A stretch of 64,000 nt of DNA from Dehalococcoidia bacterium (GCA_034420695.1 DAOULB010000006.1:2615-66614); one strand, 5' to 3'. Shown: positions 47,424-56,861, counted from the first letter of the stretch. Numbers and translations: made by a program. Notes: generated from the letters alone by a model not told the origin.

Positions 47424-47737
47424 GTGCGCGCCGGGCATTCCGATCAGGACTCAGGCGCCTTCCCGTGTTTCAGCCGGTTTGTTCCCATCCGGCAACGCTT
47501 GAGCGTCGGCAAACTCTGCCTGGCCGGTGCGCCGCGGCACCCCGGACGCACCCGGCAAAACTGAAAGGTAAGGCTCAAGCCGTAGTTGGGACAAATGGAA
47601 ATGCTAAGGGAGTCCCAAAACGCTGGTGTAACGCCGCGATGATGGGCGAAACGCTTCACCTTGCGACGCCGCAGGGAGACAGTGCGGGCCGACACTCGAA
47701 AGGTCTATTGAATGAGAATAGTCAGTCTCTTGGAAGA

Positions 47738-48571
47738 CTACTCTCCGTCGTTCCACCCGGTGTCCATGGCTTCTTCGTCGATAGCCGGTTCGTCATCGTC
47801 TTCCAGGCTGTCGCCGCCGATGTACTGGACCAAGTTGCCGCCCAAGTACACCCGGTGTTCGTCGCTGGTCCTGCTGGGAAAGGAGCATACCTCGTTCATC
47901 GTCCGGTCCCGGTAGGTCTCCCGCACGATAATGGAGACGCCCCGCTCATTGATGCCCAGAATGGCGGCGTCATACTTGTTGCCGCCGTACATCAACCTGA
48001 TCAGCCTCCGGGCCAGCTTTGGCTCAATTTGCCCCAAGTAATCGCCCTCGCTGTTTTGGACGGTGATTGAGTTCTCTTCTACTACTAGGTTGGCCGGGTC
48101 GCTGGGCGTCAGCCGGGCAATCACCTGGCGGTCGGCCGGCTTCCGCAACAGGGTGGTGCCGGACTTGCCGCTTTCCTCGATGAACAACTGGGGGGCCGCT
48201 CCGCCCTTTCTCGCCTGCTTGGTGGCCAGAGGGGTCGACTCCAGTTGTTCCAAGCGGGCCGCGTTCTTCTTGGCGATGTTGTTGTAAGGGGCAATGTGCA
48301 CCACCCGGTCGAAGACCTTTTTGGCGGCGCTATAGTCCCCTAGTTCCATCAAAGCCTTTCCCAGCCGGTTCATGGCTTCGACGTCGTCCTCGAATCTATC
48401 GAGTATGGCGCGATTTACTTCGGTGGCCCTTTCCCACTTGCCCTTGAGGGCCATCGAAACTGCTTCACGGGTAAGGTTGCGCTTTAACTTGGCTGCTTCT
48501 GCAGACATCTCCAGGTTCCTGCCTGTCCTTTCCTCTACGGATATATTGCTTTCGTAAGTACGGTTTTCCAT
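47738..48571 (-). CDS. TPR-repeat protein with uncharacterised C-terminal domain and acidic tail
   Basis: One or two TPR-like helices (AMNRLGKALMELGDYSAAKKVFDRVVHIAPYN). Start is at ATG 48571 with GGGAG 8 nt upstream. The track ORF starts 5 codons earlier at TTG. Confidence 0.6.
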   Translation of the reverse strand: MENRTYESNISVEERTGRNLEMSAEAAKLKRNLTREAVSMALKGKWERATEVNRAILDRFEDDVEAMNRLGKALMELGDYSAAKKVFDRVVHIAPYNNIAKKNAARLEQLESTPLATKQARKGGAAPQLFIEESGKSGTTLLRKPADRQVIARLTPSDPANLVVEENSITVQNSEGDYLGQIEPKLARRLIRLMYGGNKYDAAILGINERGVSIIVRETYRDRTMNEVCSFPSRTSDEHRVYLGGNLVQYIGGDSLEDDDEPAIDEEAMDTGWNDGE

Positions 48572-48777
48572 ATCACTCGCTCCCAAAGCACACCTGCAAA
48601 GGGTAAGGCTGTGCGCAGGGATGGTTGAGGACTATGCTCAGCGGCTGGCGCGTTTAAGAACGGATAGAAATCACGTCTAGCTTTGCGGGGTTAGCGCCAC
48701 CGTGGTCATCCATTCCCCAGTCTCCCTCCTCCCTCCAGACCTCCCAGGGGTGGATTCTCTAGTAGATTGGACTGAAG

Positions 48778-48804
48778 CTTATATTGGTTGACTCATCGTG
48801 TCAG
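48778..48804 (-). promoter_or_regulatory. promoter-like element upstream of the TPR gene (shared motif copy B)
   Basis: The minus strand reads CTGACA-15 nt-TATAAG, preceded by GGAATCCCGCCCGGCGC. Confidence 0.3.
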
Positions 48805-49047
48805 GCGCCGGGCGGGATTCCCCCCAAATCGGAACCGGGGAAATTGCCCCTCGGCTGCCCGTGCAACAGTTGATTTCAATTTTGCGCATAGTAAATACAA
48901 CATCGTGAGACTGGAGGTCAAGGCTTTTTCGGTGGCTTTACGAACCAATTATGCAAAGTGGATTCTTCTGTAGCGCCCTTATACTGGTCCCCGGGCTGAA
49001 GGAAACCCGGCCCCTGTTTTTGCCGTAGGCCACATTCGGCGGCCGCT

Positions 49048-49794
49048 CTATTCCGAACCCTCTATGGAATCTTCGGAATTGCGCCGGGAGAAATGTCTCC
49101 AGCGCATCCTTAACAGGTCGCCGGCCATTGCCAGCGAGTCCCTGAATGGCCGCACCTTGCTCCCCTCGCCGTAATGCCAGTCCACGGCCACTTCCTGCAC
49201 TGTCAACCCTCTCTTCCGGGCCAGGAACAGCACTTCGGTATCGAAAGTGAATCCCTCCGCCACTTGGCGTTGAAATAGCTGGGGAACGATAGCCCCTCTG
49301 AAGCATTTGAACCCGCACTGCGTATCCCGAAACCCGGGAAGGGCCAGCAGGCGCACCAGCAGGTTGTAAACGCGCCCCATTAACCGCCGCAGCACCGGTT
49401 CTCCAAAGCGCCGGGAGCCGGGAACGTCCCGCGAACCCACAGCAATGTCTACGCCGGACAGTATAGGAGGCAGAAACCTCTCCATCTGCTCCAAAGGCAC
49501 TGGAAGGTCGGCGTCGCAGACCAAGCGGTATTCGCCGGAAGCGGCAAGAATGGCGTTCTTTACGGCCCATCCCTTGCCCCGGTGCTCCAAGCTCAACAGC
49601 CGGATTCCGGGGCCTTCGGAAGCTGCTTGCTCGACCAGTCGGGCGGTGCCGTCGGTGGAACCGTCGTCTCCCACCACAACTTCCCAAGGATAGTCCCGTG
49701 TGGAAAGGTACCTGGTGACCTGCTCCAACGCCCGCTCAATGCGGGACTCTTCGTTGTAGGCCGGTATCACCACTGATAGAAACGGCGGGGCCAA
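49048..49794 (-). CDS. family 2 glycosyltransferase (polyprenyl-phosphate glycosyltransferase-like)
   Basis: LSVVIPAYNEE, GDDGSTDGT, DADL (DxD). Confidence 0.8.
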   Translation of the reverse strand: MAPPFLSVVIPAYNEESRIERALEQVTRYLSTRDYPWEVVVGDDGSTDGTARLVEQAASEGPGIRLLSLEHRGKGWAVKNAILAASGEYRLVCDADLPVPLEQMERFLPPILSGVDIAVGSRDVPGSRRFGEPVLRRLMGRVYNLLVRLLALPGFRDTQCGFKCFRGAIVPQLFQRQVAEGFTFDTEVLFLARKRGLTVQEVAVDWHYGEGSKVRPFRDSLAMAGDLLRMRWRHFSRRNSEDSIEGSE

Positions 49795-49832
49795 GAGGAT
49801 TTTCCCTCAGACGCGCAGGCGGCTGGCGGCGT

Positions 49833-51074
49833 TCAATTGTCCCGGTCCAGTTGAAAACCCCGGTGGAGCATCCGCACAGCCTCGTCGACTTGGTTCTCGC
49901 TGATTACGCAGGAAATCCTGATCTCCGAGGTCGTTATCATGTCGATGTTGACGTTGCCCTCTGCAAGAATGCGAAACATCCGGGAAGCATAGCCCGGGGT
50001 GTTCTGCATACCGGACCCCACCACGCTCACCGAGCCCAGGGTGGCATCGCTGATGACCTCCTTGGCCCCTAACTCTGGAAGCATCTTTTCCACTTCCGGC
50101 AGGGCTGTCGCCAAGTCGTTGCGGCTGACAGTAAAGCTGATGTCGGTGGTTCTCTCTACGCTGGTGTTCTGCACTATCGTGTCAACGCTGATGCCGACTT
50201 GGGTCAGGGGTTCGAAGAGGGCCGCCGCTATGCCAGGGCGGTCCGGAACCTGCCTTACCGTGATCTTGGCAACGTTGGAATTGCCCAGTATCCCAGTAAC
50301 CTTGATTCTGTCTTCCATGGAACTGTCGTCCCCCGGCGGATCGTCGGGTATATGGTGAATTAGTGTCCCCGGAGCATCGCTGAAGGTGGAAGCCACGTAG
50401 ATGGGCACGTTGTACACTGCTCCCAGCTCTATCGACCTGGGATGCATCTTGGCCCCGTAGTTGGCCATCTCCAGCATTTCCAAATAGCTGATTTCGTCCA
50501 GCTTTCGGGCTAAGGGCGCCACCCGCGGGTCCGCAGTGTAGATGCCCTCCACGTCGGTGTAAATTTCGCAGCGCCAAGCTCCCAAGGCCGCCGCCAAGGC
50601 CACCGCGGTGGTGTCCGAACCGCCCCGCCCCAGCGTCGTAATGTCCTGTTCGTCGGTGATGCCCTGGAATCCTGCCACCACCACCAGCCGCCCCTTTTTC
50701 AGCTCGCTTTGTATCCGGCTCGGGTCGATCTTGTTTATCCGCGCCCTTCCGTAGGTGGTGTCGGTCTGGATGCCGGCCTGGGGCCCGCTCAAGCTGACCG
50801 CCGGGCACCCCATGCTTCGCAAGGCCATGGTCAACAGTGTGCAGGACACCAACTCGCCGGTGGAAAGGAGCAGGTCCAGCTCCCTGGGGTCCGGCTCCGG
50901 GCTGACGGTTCGGGCCAAACGGAGCAGGTCGTCGGTGGTGTCACCCATGGCCGAAACTACCGCTACTATTTCCTGGCCCGACGCCTTGGCCAAGCCGATG
51001 CGGCGGGCCACGTCCAGTATCTTCTGGGCGTCAGCCACCGATGATCCGCCGTATTTCTGGACTACCAGGGTCAA
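49833..51074 (-). CDS. lysC: aspartate kinase
   Basis: VVQKYGGSSV, GRGGSDTTAVALAAAL, two C-terminal ACT-like regions. Confidence 0.95.
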   Translation of the reverse strand: MTLVVQKYGGSSVADAQKILDVARRIGLAKASGQEIVAVVSAMGDTTDDLLRLARTVSPEPDPRELDLLLSTGELVSCTLLTMALRSMGCPAVSLSGPQAGIQTDTTYGRARINKIDPSRIQSELKKGRLVVVAGFQGITDEQDITTLGRGGSDTTAVALAAALGAWRCEIYTDVEGIYTADPRVAPLARKLDEISYLEMLEMANYGAKMHPRSIELGAVYNVPIYVASTFSDAPGTLIHHIPDDPPGDDSSMEDRIKVTGILGNSNVAKITVRQVPDRPGIAAALFEPLTQVGISVDTIVQNTSVERTTDISFTVSRNDLATALPEVEKMLPELGAKEVISDATLGSVSVVGSGMQNTPGYASRMFRILAEGNVNIDMITTSEIRISCVISENQVDEAVRMLHRGFQLDRDN

Positions 51075-51096
51075 GGCTTGAAGCTCTTAGTGATGA

Positions 51097-52050
51097 TTAC
51101 CTGGGTGCGCCGTCCTGGGCTGAAACCAAGTGAGCGCCCCGCAGGCTGGGCTGGGTTACCCTGAGCTGGCCGTTCACTCCGGCCTGCTTCGCCGCCTCGG
51201 CCATTTCGTACGCCACCGTCATCTCGCGGCCCTGGGTGAGGGCCATCACCGTCGAGCCGCTCCCCGACAGGAAAACCCCCAGTGCCCCGGCATCCCTGGC
51301 CGCCTGGAAAAGTAATTTCATGGCAGGAAAGAGCTGCTGGCGGAACGGCTGGTGCAGGCTGTCCTTGGTGGCCTCCAGCAAATACTCGGGATGGTTGGTG
51401 GCCATCCCGGCCACCAGCAATGAAGCCCGGCTCATATTGTATACCGCCTCGGCCCGGGTGACGGACTGGGGCAGGACTTCCCGGGCGTCCGAGGTAGCGA
51501 TGCGCAGGTCCGGCACGAACAGCACTCCGTGAATCTCCGGTGGGATGCTGATCGGGGCAGTCCATATATGGTCGTCTTCCGCCACAACCAGTTGCAGCCC
51601 CCCCAGCACCGCCGCCGCGACGTTGTCCGGGTGGCCCTCGATTGTGACCGCCATTTCCAGGAGGTCGCTGCTGGAAAAAGTGGTGGAAGCTATCGCATTG
51701 GCCGCCACCAAGCCCCCGGCTATGGCAGCGGCGCTGCTGCCCAAGCCCCGCTTCAACGGTATCTCGTTGTGGCACTCCAGCCGGAGTGGCGGTATTTCCT
51801 CTCCGGCTTCCTTGAACAGGAATTCCATGGCCTGGTAGACCAAGTTGTCCCGCTGGACGCTAAGCTCTCCGGCGCCCTCCCCTGCTATATCTACGCTCCC
51901 GGCCTTGGTCCCTTCGTCGCCCGGCGCGTCGGGTTCCAAGTAAACGTCCAAGCGGTTCCAGATGTCCAAGGCCATACCGAGACAGTCGAAACCCGGACCC
52001 AGGTTCGCAGTGGTAGCAGGGGCCAAAACCGTAATGCGGCTATTGGTCAT
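51097..52050 (-). CDS. thrB: homoserine kinase
   Basis: APATTANLGPGFDCLG, PLKRGLGSSAAAI (GHMP kinase motif). Confidence 0.9.
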   Translation of the reverse strand: MTNSRITVLAPATTANLGPGFDCLGMALDIWNRLDVYLEPDAPGDEGTKAGSVDIAGEGAGELSVQRDNLVYQAMEFLFKEAGEEIPPLRLECHNEIPLKRGLGSSAAAIAGGLVAANAIASTTFSSSDLLEMAVTIEGHPDNVAAAVLGGLQLVVAEDDHIWTAPISIPPEIHGVLFVPDLRIATSDAREVLPQSVTRAEAVYNMSRASLLVAGMATNHPEYLLEATKDSLHQPFRQQLFPAMKLLFQAARDAGALGVFLSGSGSTVMALTQGREMTVAYEMAEAAKQAGVNGQLRVTQPSLRGAHLVSAQDGAPR

Positions 52051-52145
52051 ATCAGTGCAGGCAGGACCTTTTCCTTTGGTTGCCGTGCCGGTTGTATTTA
52101 TGGTTGGTGTGACGGCTGCTGTGAAAGGCGGGGCCCTGCGCCGGT

Positions 52146-53246
52146 CTATACCAGGACCCGCTCCAGGACGTAGCGGCCCAAGTCGATGTTTTCGTTGAAC
52201 TGGTGTCCGTCGAAGGAATCGCCGTACCCGATTATAGGCACTGCAGCTTCGTGGAGCGAGCCGTGGGAACGCAGGGTTTGGGGCATGTCCACCTCCGCCG
52301 GGTTCCCAAAGACCACGTCACCGGCGCCCATTACCATTATGTCCCCGATACGCTCCGGCATCAGGTTGAAGCTCTCCGCCGCTTGCGCCCGTGACAGGGC
52401 CTCATCGACCCCCTCGGTCATCGACAAGACCTCCAGCGCCTCTTGCACCCGGTCATCTTGCAAGTACAGGTAAATGCATCCCCCCAAGTTGGAATGGTGC
52501 ACCGTGTACCTGTCCTTGATGATCGGGACTGCTTGCGCTTGAATGCCGTGGGCAGCGAGCTCCCGGGGCAAGTGAATCATCCTTTTCTTTGCCGACATCC
52601 CGTGGTCCGCCGTGATCAACACCCGGCACCCGGTCATCCCGTCCACCAGCCTGCCGATGGCCCCGTCCAATAGCTCCATGTGCTGTAGGGACTCGGCTTC
52701 CTGTGGTGCGTACATGTGCATGCCATAGTCGGTGGTGGTGACGTATGCCAGGTCGTAGTGTTGTTGACCCAGTATGAACCGTGCGGCGTCAATCACCCAG
52801 CGGTTGACTTCCAAGGAGTAAATCGGGGGAGGTGGGCCCACCCCTTGGACCACCCAGTCCGGAGGCTGTTCCGAAGATACGCTCAGGGAGGCCCCGCCGC
52901 CCAGCAGGTTCCGGAGCTTGTCCTTTGCCGTCACCAGCAGCGACCGCGCTCCAAGTTTCTCGGCCCTCTGGAAGATGGTCTCCCCTTCGATGTATTCCCC
53001 GGACTCCATGTACACTTCCCGGCCCGATTGCCGGTCCTGCCAGTAATTGGAAGTGATTCCATGGGTCTGTGGATAGGAACCGGTGACCAGCGAAACGTTG
53101 TTCACGTTGGTCACGGTAGGCATCACTGCCGTTGCCTCCGACCGAAAGCCCTCTTCGGCCAGTTGCCGTAAATTGGGAGTTGGCGAGGCGTCCAAGTATT
53201 CGGGGTCCAGGCCGTCAATCATCATCAGGATTGTAGTCGCTTGCAT
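52146..53246 (-). CDS. alkaline phosphatase superfamily protein (nucleotide pyrophosphatase / phosphonoacetate hydrolase-like)
   Basis: MIDGLDPEYL, MPTVTNVNNVSLVTGSYPQTHGITSNYW, ITADHGM. Confidence 0.7.
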   Translation of the reverse strand: MQATTILMMIDGLDPEYLDASPTPNLRQLAEEGFRSEATAVMPTVTNVNNVSLVTGSYPQTHGITSNYWQDRQSGREVYMESGEYIEGETIFQRAEKLGARSLLVTAKDKLRNLLGGGASLSVSSEQPPDWVVQGVGPPPPIYSLEVNRWVIDAARFILGQQHYDLAYVTTTDYGMHMYAPQEAESLQHMELLDGAIGRLVDGMTGCRVLITADHGMSAKKRMIHLPRELAAHGIQAQAVPIIKDRYTVHHSNLGGCIYLYLQDDRVQEALEVLSMTEGVDEALSRAQAAESFNLMPERIGDIMVMGAGDVVFGNPAEVDMPQTLRSHGSLHEAAVPIIGYGDSFDGHQFNENIDLGRYVLERVLV

Positions 53247-53309
53247 AAGCCCATCACTCTGCCGGCCCGCTGTTCGGACCCTTACGGTGGAACGCCTTGG
53301 ACGGCCCGG

Positions 53310-54620
53310 CTAGAAGTCCTTTTCTGGTGAGTGGCCGTTCCTGTGCCCGTTCATTCGGGAGAGCACTTTCACCCCTCTCGCCGCCCTGAGGTAGTCCAGG
53401 GTCAGCCGGGGCAAAAGGAATTTCTGGCGTACCGACTCTCTGGCCGCCCTTCCAATCCGGTCTTGCAGTTCCTTGTCGCTGACCAGTTGCACTATGCGCT
53501 CCGCGCATTCCCTGGGGGAATTCACTAGAAAGCCTGTGACGCCGTTTTCAATCTGCACCCGAATGCCGCCCACGTTTCCGCCGATGACTGCCTTGCCCTT
53601 CCACATGGCCTCGGCAACGGTGAGTCCAAACCCTTCACGGGTTGACTTCTGCAACACTACGTCGGAAGCAACCTGGAAGGCATTGACTATTTCGTCGATT
53701 GAAGCGGGCAGGCCATCCGGATAGAAATACAGGTGCACGTCCGGGTCGCCGGCGGCGTACTCCTCCACTTGGCTAACCACGCTCGCCGCTTCCGGGTCGT
53801 CAATGGCCTGGCTGATGCCCAGCAATGCCAGTTGCAGGCCGGGAATCCGCTGCCTGGCTTGGCGGTACGCCTCCACCACGCCGATGGGGTCCTTCCACAG
53901 GTCGAAGCGGGAAACCTGGGTGACCAGCGGCCGGCCTGGGTCTACGCCCATTGCGGCTGTAATCGCCGTGGCCTCCGACGGGCTGAGCGCCATGTTCTTG
54001 GCAGTGAAAGGGTCAATAGCCGGCGGGGCGATGTGCACCGGCGCTTCCCCCAGTCCACCCGGGACGTAGTTCTCCAGGGAAAAGAATAGGTTGTGATAGT
54101 GCCGGGTGTAAGGCAGCAGGGAGTTCAGCGTCGACTCGCTGGGCGCGGTGAGGTCAATGTGGCAGACCCAGTTTTTCAGTGCTGCCGGGCCCACGGCCAG
54201 CATGCCGGCCAAGGGCAGCACTTGGGGGTCGTGGAAGAACCAGCAGTCTGCCTCCAGGTTCCTCTGCTGAAACTCCTCGGCTATCCGCCGGTTGGTTTCG
54301 ACGTAGGCCTCGCGTTCGCTCTCCGACAGGGTACCCTCGGCCCCTTGAAGAAGGTTGTGAATCCGCTTGGTGGCCTGAAAAAAATCGGGATTGCCGTTTA
54401 CTACCACTCGCTCTGTGGGCAGTCCTAGGGAATTCATGAACGGGACCATGGACTGGAGTATTTCGGCTACACCCCCTCCGGTGGCTGTGCTGTTCACGTG
54501 CACCACCCTTAGCCCCTTGAGTTCCTCTGCCAGGGTGGTGATCTCGGTCCTCTGCTCCTCGCATGCTATGTTCAGGTACTCTTCCTTGGCTGTGGGCGGA
54601 TGCTCCAACTTAACGAACAT
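53310..54620 (-). CDS. treT: trehalose glycosyltransferring synthase TreT-like GT4 glycosyltransferase
   Basis: VVHVNSTATGGGVAEILQSMVPF, FFQATKRIHNLLQG, VTQVSRFDLWKD and REGFGLTVAEAMWKGKAVIG are very close to archaeal TreT as I remember it. Confidence 0.75.
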   Translation of the reverse strand: MFVKLEHPPTAKEEYLNIACEEQRTEITTLAEELKGLRVVHVNSTATGGGVAEILQSMVPFMNSLGLPTERVVVNGNPDFFQATKRIHNLLQGAEGTLSESEREAYVETNRRIAEEFQQRNLEADCWFFHDPQVLPLAGMLAVGPAALKNWVCHIDLTAPSESTLNSLLPYTRHYHNLFFSLENYVPGGLGEAPVHIAPPAIDPFTAKNMALSPSEATAITAAMGVDPGRPLVTQVSRFDLWKDPIGVVEAYRQARQRIPGLQLALLGISQAIDDPEAASVVSQVEEYAAGDPDVHLYFYPDGLPASIDEIVNAFQVASDVVLQKSTREGFGLTVAEAMWKGKAVIGGNVGGIRVQIENGVTGFLVNSPRECAERIVQLVSDKELQDRIGRAARESVRQKFLLPRLTLDYLRAARGVKVLSRMNGHRNGHSPEKDF

Positions 54621-54828
54621 TAGGTGAAATACTCTCTACTCTCAGGTCCGGAAAGGAACGGCAAGGAAGCCGCCGCGAACCCCATCCTCTCTTCCAATTT
54701 TGAAATCCCGCTGCATGATTACACCATTCGGCGTCAATTTCAAGATAATCGGCCATCATTCGATGCCATGTTTTCGAATTACTGCCAAAGGGCGGGCTGC
54801 GCTTGGGGGCCGGGAACGCGCGGGTGCG

Positions 54829-54852
54829 AAAAAGGGCGGTTGTCATTCGCCC
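54829..54852 (-). terminator. candidate intrinsic terminator after glmS
   Basis: The minus strand reads GGGCG-aatgacaac-CGCCC-TTTTT, about 70 nt after the glmS stop. The stem is short. Confidence 0.35.
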
Positions 54853-54919
54853 GGTACCGCGGCGAACATGACGCTTTCCCGGGGCTTGCGTCCGAGGGAG
54901 ATGGGTCCAGCCAGCGGCG

Positions 54920-56806
54920 CTATTCCACCGTGACCGACTTCGCCAAGTTGCGAGGCTGGTCCACGTCGCAACCCCGTAGGACTGCGATGTGATAGGCCAA
55001 GAGCTGGAGTGGCACCGAAGCAATGATCGGGGTCAGGTTCTCCGGAGTCTGGGGAATGTAGATGGCGTGGTCAACTTCTTCCGACAACTCGGTGTCCCCT
55101 TGGCTGAGCACCGCCAGGACAACCCCGTCCCTCGCCTTGACCTCTTTCACGTTGTTGGCGACCTTTTCGTACAGCCGGTCCTTGGGAGCGACTGCCAGCA
55201 CGGCCATCCCTGGGTCAACCAGGGCGATGGGGCCGTGCTTCATTTCGCCTGCGGGAAAACCCTCGGCGTGGATGTAGCTTACTTCCTTCAGTTTCAGCGC
55301 CCCTTCCAAGGCAACCGCAGTATGGATTCCCCTGCCCAGGAACAAGAAGTTGTTGTAGCCCGAGAAGCTGCGGGCTAAATGCTGGTATTGAGAGATGTCA
55401 GACAGCAAGTCGCCGATCAGCCGGGGGCATTGGGCCAGCCCGTCCACCAGTTGCCGCCCCTGCTCTGCCGTCAGGAACCCCCGTGCCTGTCCCAAGTACC
55501 CCGCCAGCAGGTTCAGAATTATCAGGGAAGCTATGAACGTCTTGGTGCTGGCCACCGCGGTCTCGATGCCCGCTCCCATGTACAGGCTGGCGTCGGCCAA
55601 GCGGGAGGCTTGGCTGCCCTCCGAATTGCAGATGGTGATGAGAGTGGCCTTTTTCTTCTTCACCATCTGCATCGCGGCTACCGTGTCCGCCGTTTCTCCT
55701 GATTGTCCTATGGCCACTACCAAGGTGTGGTCGTCGATATAGGGGTTCCGGTACCGGTACTCGGAGGAGCTGTCCACTTCCGCCGGCAGGCCGCCCAGCA
55801 TTTCCACCAAGTGGCGGCCTATCATCGCTGCATGCATGCTCGTCCCGCAGCCCAAGAGCACCACCCGGCGGATGTCCCTTAGCTGCTCCTTGGTGAGTGG
55901 CACTTCCGGCAGGAGCACTTCGCCCGAAGGGAAGTCCACCCTTCCCCCCAGGGCGCTGGCAACCGTCTGGGGTTGTTCCAGTATCTCCTTCAGCATGAAG
56001 TGGCGGTGCCCGCCCTTGTCTATTACCACCTCTTCAGGGGAAACCGGCCGCAGGCACTTGGTCAGAGGCTTGCCGTCGATGTTCCGGTACTCCACTCCCT
56101 CCCGGGTCACCACCGCCATTTCACCGGCGTCCAGGAAGCCCACCGGAAATCCCGGCGACAACCCCCGCAGGCTGCCGTTGGAGGCTTGGCGCATCAGGGG
56201 AAGGACTACGGGAAGGTCGCTTCCCACAATACCTTGGTCGTCCTTGTGGGCAACCACGATGCCGCCGGCATAGCCCAAGCGCACCGCACAAATTTTGCCC
56301 TCCGTTCCCAGCAGGGTGGCGGTGATTGCTTGCGAACCCTGCACCTCCTGGGCCATCTTCAAGACGGCGTCTTCGAAGCTGAGTCCCTTCTCCATCCCCG
56401 CTTCTATCAGGTGGGTGATAACCTCGGTGTCGGTGTCTGAGGAAAACTGGTGGCCGTCGGCCTGCAGCGCCCGCTTCAGTTCCAGGAAGTTCTCCACTAT
56501 GCCGTTGTGGACCACCGCCACCCGGTGGTGGCAGTCGGTCTGGGGGTGGGCGTTGGTGTAAGACGGCCTCCCGTGGGTGGCCCAGCGTGTATGGCCCAAC
56601 CCTACGGTCCCCTTGAAGTGGCCGTTGCCGTTGAGCGCCCCCAGGCCGCTCACCTTGCCGACGGTCTTCTTGAACTGGAACTCGCCGTCGTCGTTGACTA
56701 TGACGATGCCCGCGCTGTCGTATCCTCGGTATTCCAGCCTTTGCAGGCCCTCCAGGATTATGGGCCAGGCCGGCTGGTTACCAACGTATCCGACTATTCC
56801 GCACAC
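54920..56806 (-). CDS. glmS: glutamine--fructose-6-phosphate aminotransferase
   Basis: (V->fM)CGIVGYVG with catalytic Cys directly after the GTG at 56806. It also has two SIS domains and the C-terminal RNLAKSVTVE. Confidence 0.95.
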   Translation of the reverse strand: MCGIVGYVGNQPAWPIILEGLQRLEYRGYDSAGIVIVNDDGEFQFKKTVGKVSGLGALNGNGHFKGTVGLGHTRWATHGRPSYTNAHPQTDCHHRVAVVHNGIVENFLELKRALQADGHQFSSDTDTEVITHLIEAGMEKGLSFEDAVLKMAQEVQGSQAITATLLGTEGKICAVRLGYAGGIVVAHKDDQGIVGSDLPVVLPLMRQASNGSLRGLSPGFPVGFLDAGEMAVVTREGVEYRNIDGKPLTKCLRPVSPEEVVIDKGGHRHFMLKEILEQPQTVASALGGRVDFPSGEVLLPEVPLTKEQLRDIRRVVLLGCGTSMHAAMIGRHLVEMLGGLPAEVDSSSEYRYRNPYIDDHTLVVAIGQSGETADTVAAMQMVKKKKATLITICNSEGSQASRLADASLYMGAGIETAVASTKTFIASLIILNLLAGYLGQARGFLTAEQGRQLVDGLAQCPRLIGDLLSDISQYQHLARSFSGYNNFLFLGRGIHTAVALEGALKLKEVSYIHAEGFPAGEMKHGPIALVDPGMAVLAVAPKDRLYEKVANNVKEVKARDGVVLAVLSQGDTELSEEVDHAIYIPQTPENLTPIIASVPLQLLAYHIAVLRGCDVDQPRNLAKSVTVE

Positions 56807-56861
56807 GTACTGCTCCAAGCAGACTGGAATTTGTCCCGGTTGGGCGACACTACTGCAAGCG

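Noticed and set aside
47440-47737. RNase P / SRP / tmRNA gene in the long spacer
   Set aside because: GCUUGAGCC and ACAAACCGGCU faintly recall the RNase P 3' region. However, the universal GGAAAGUCCGG core, the SRP GGAAGCAGC motif and tmRNA termini are all absent. The region is retained only as an unassigned structured region.
51075-51096. Lysine riboswitch ahead of lysC
   Set aside because: Only 22 nt separate thrB and lysC, so there is no room for an L-box. The two genes appear co-transcribed.
54853-54862. T-box-like GGTACCGCGG string
   Set aside because: It lies on the plus strand with no downstream plus-strand gene. It is a palindromic KpnI-site context within the candidate glmS terminator region and is most likely chance.
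56807-56861. glmS ribozyme upstream of glmS
   Set aside because: Only 55 nt separate glmS from the upstream CoxG-like gene. This is far too short for the ~170-nt ribozyme, and no conserved core is seen.
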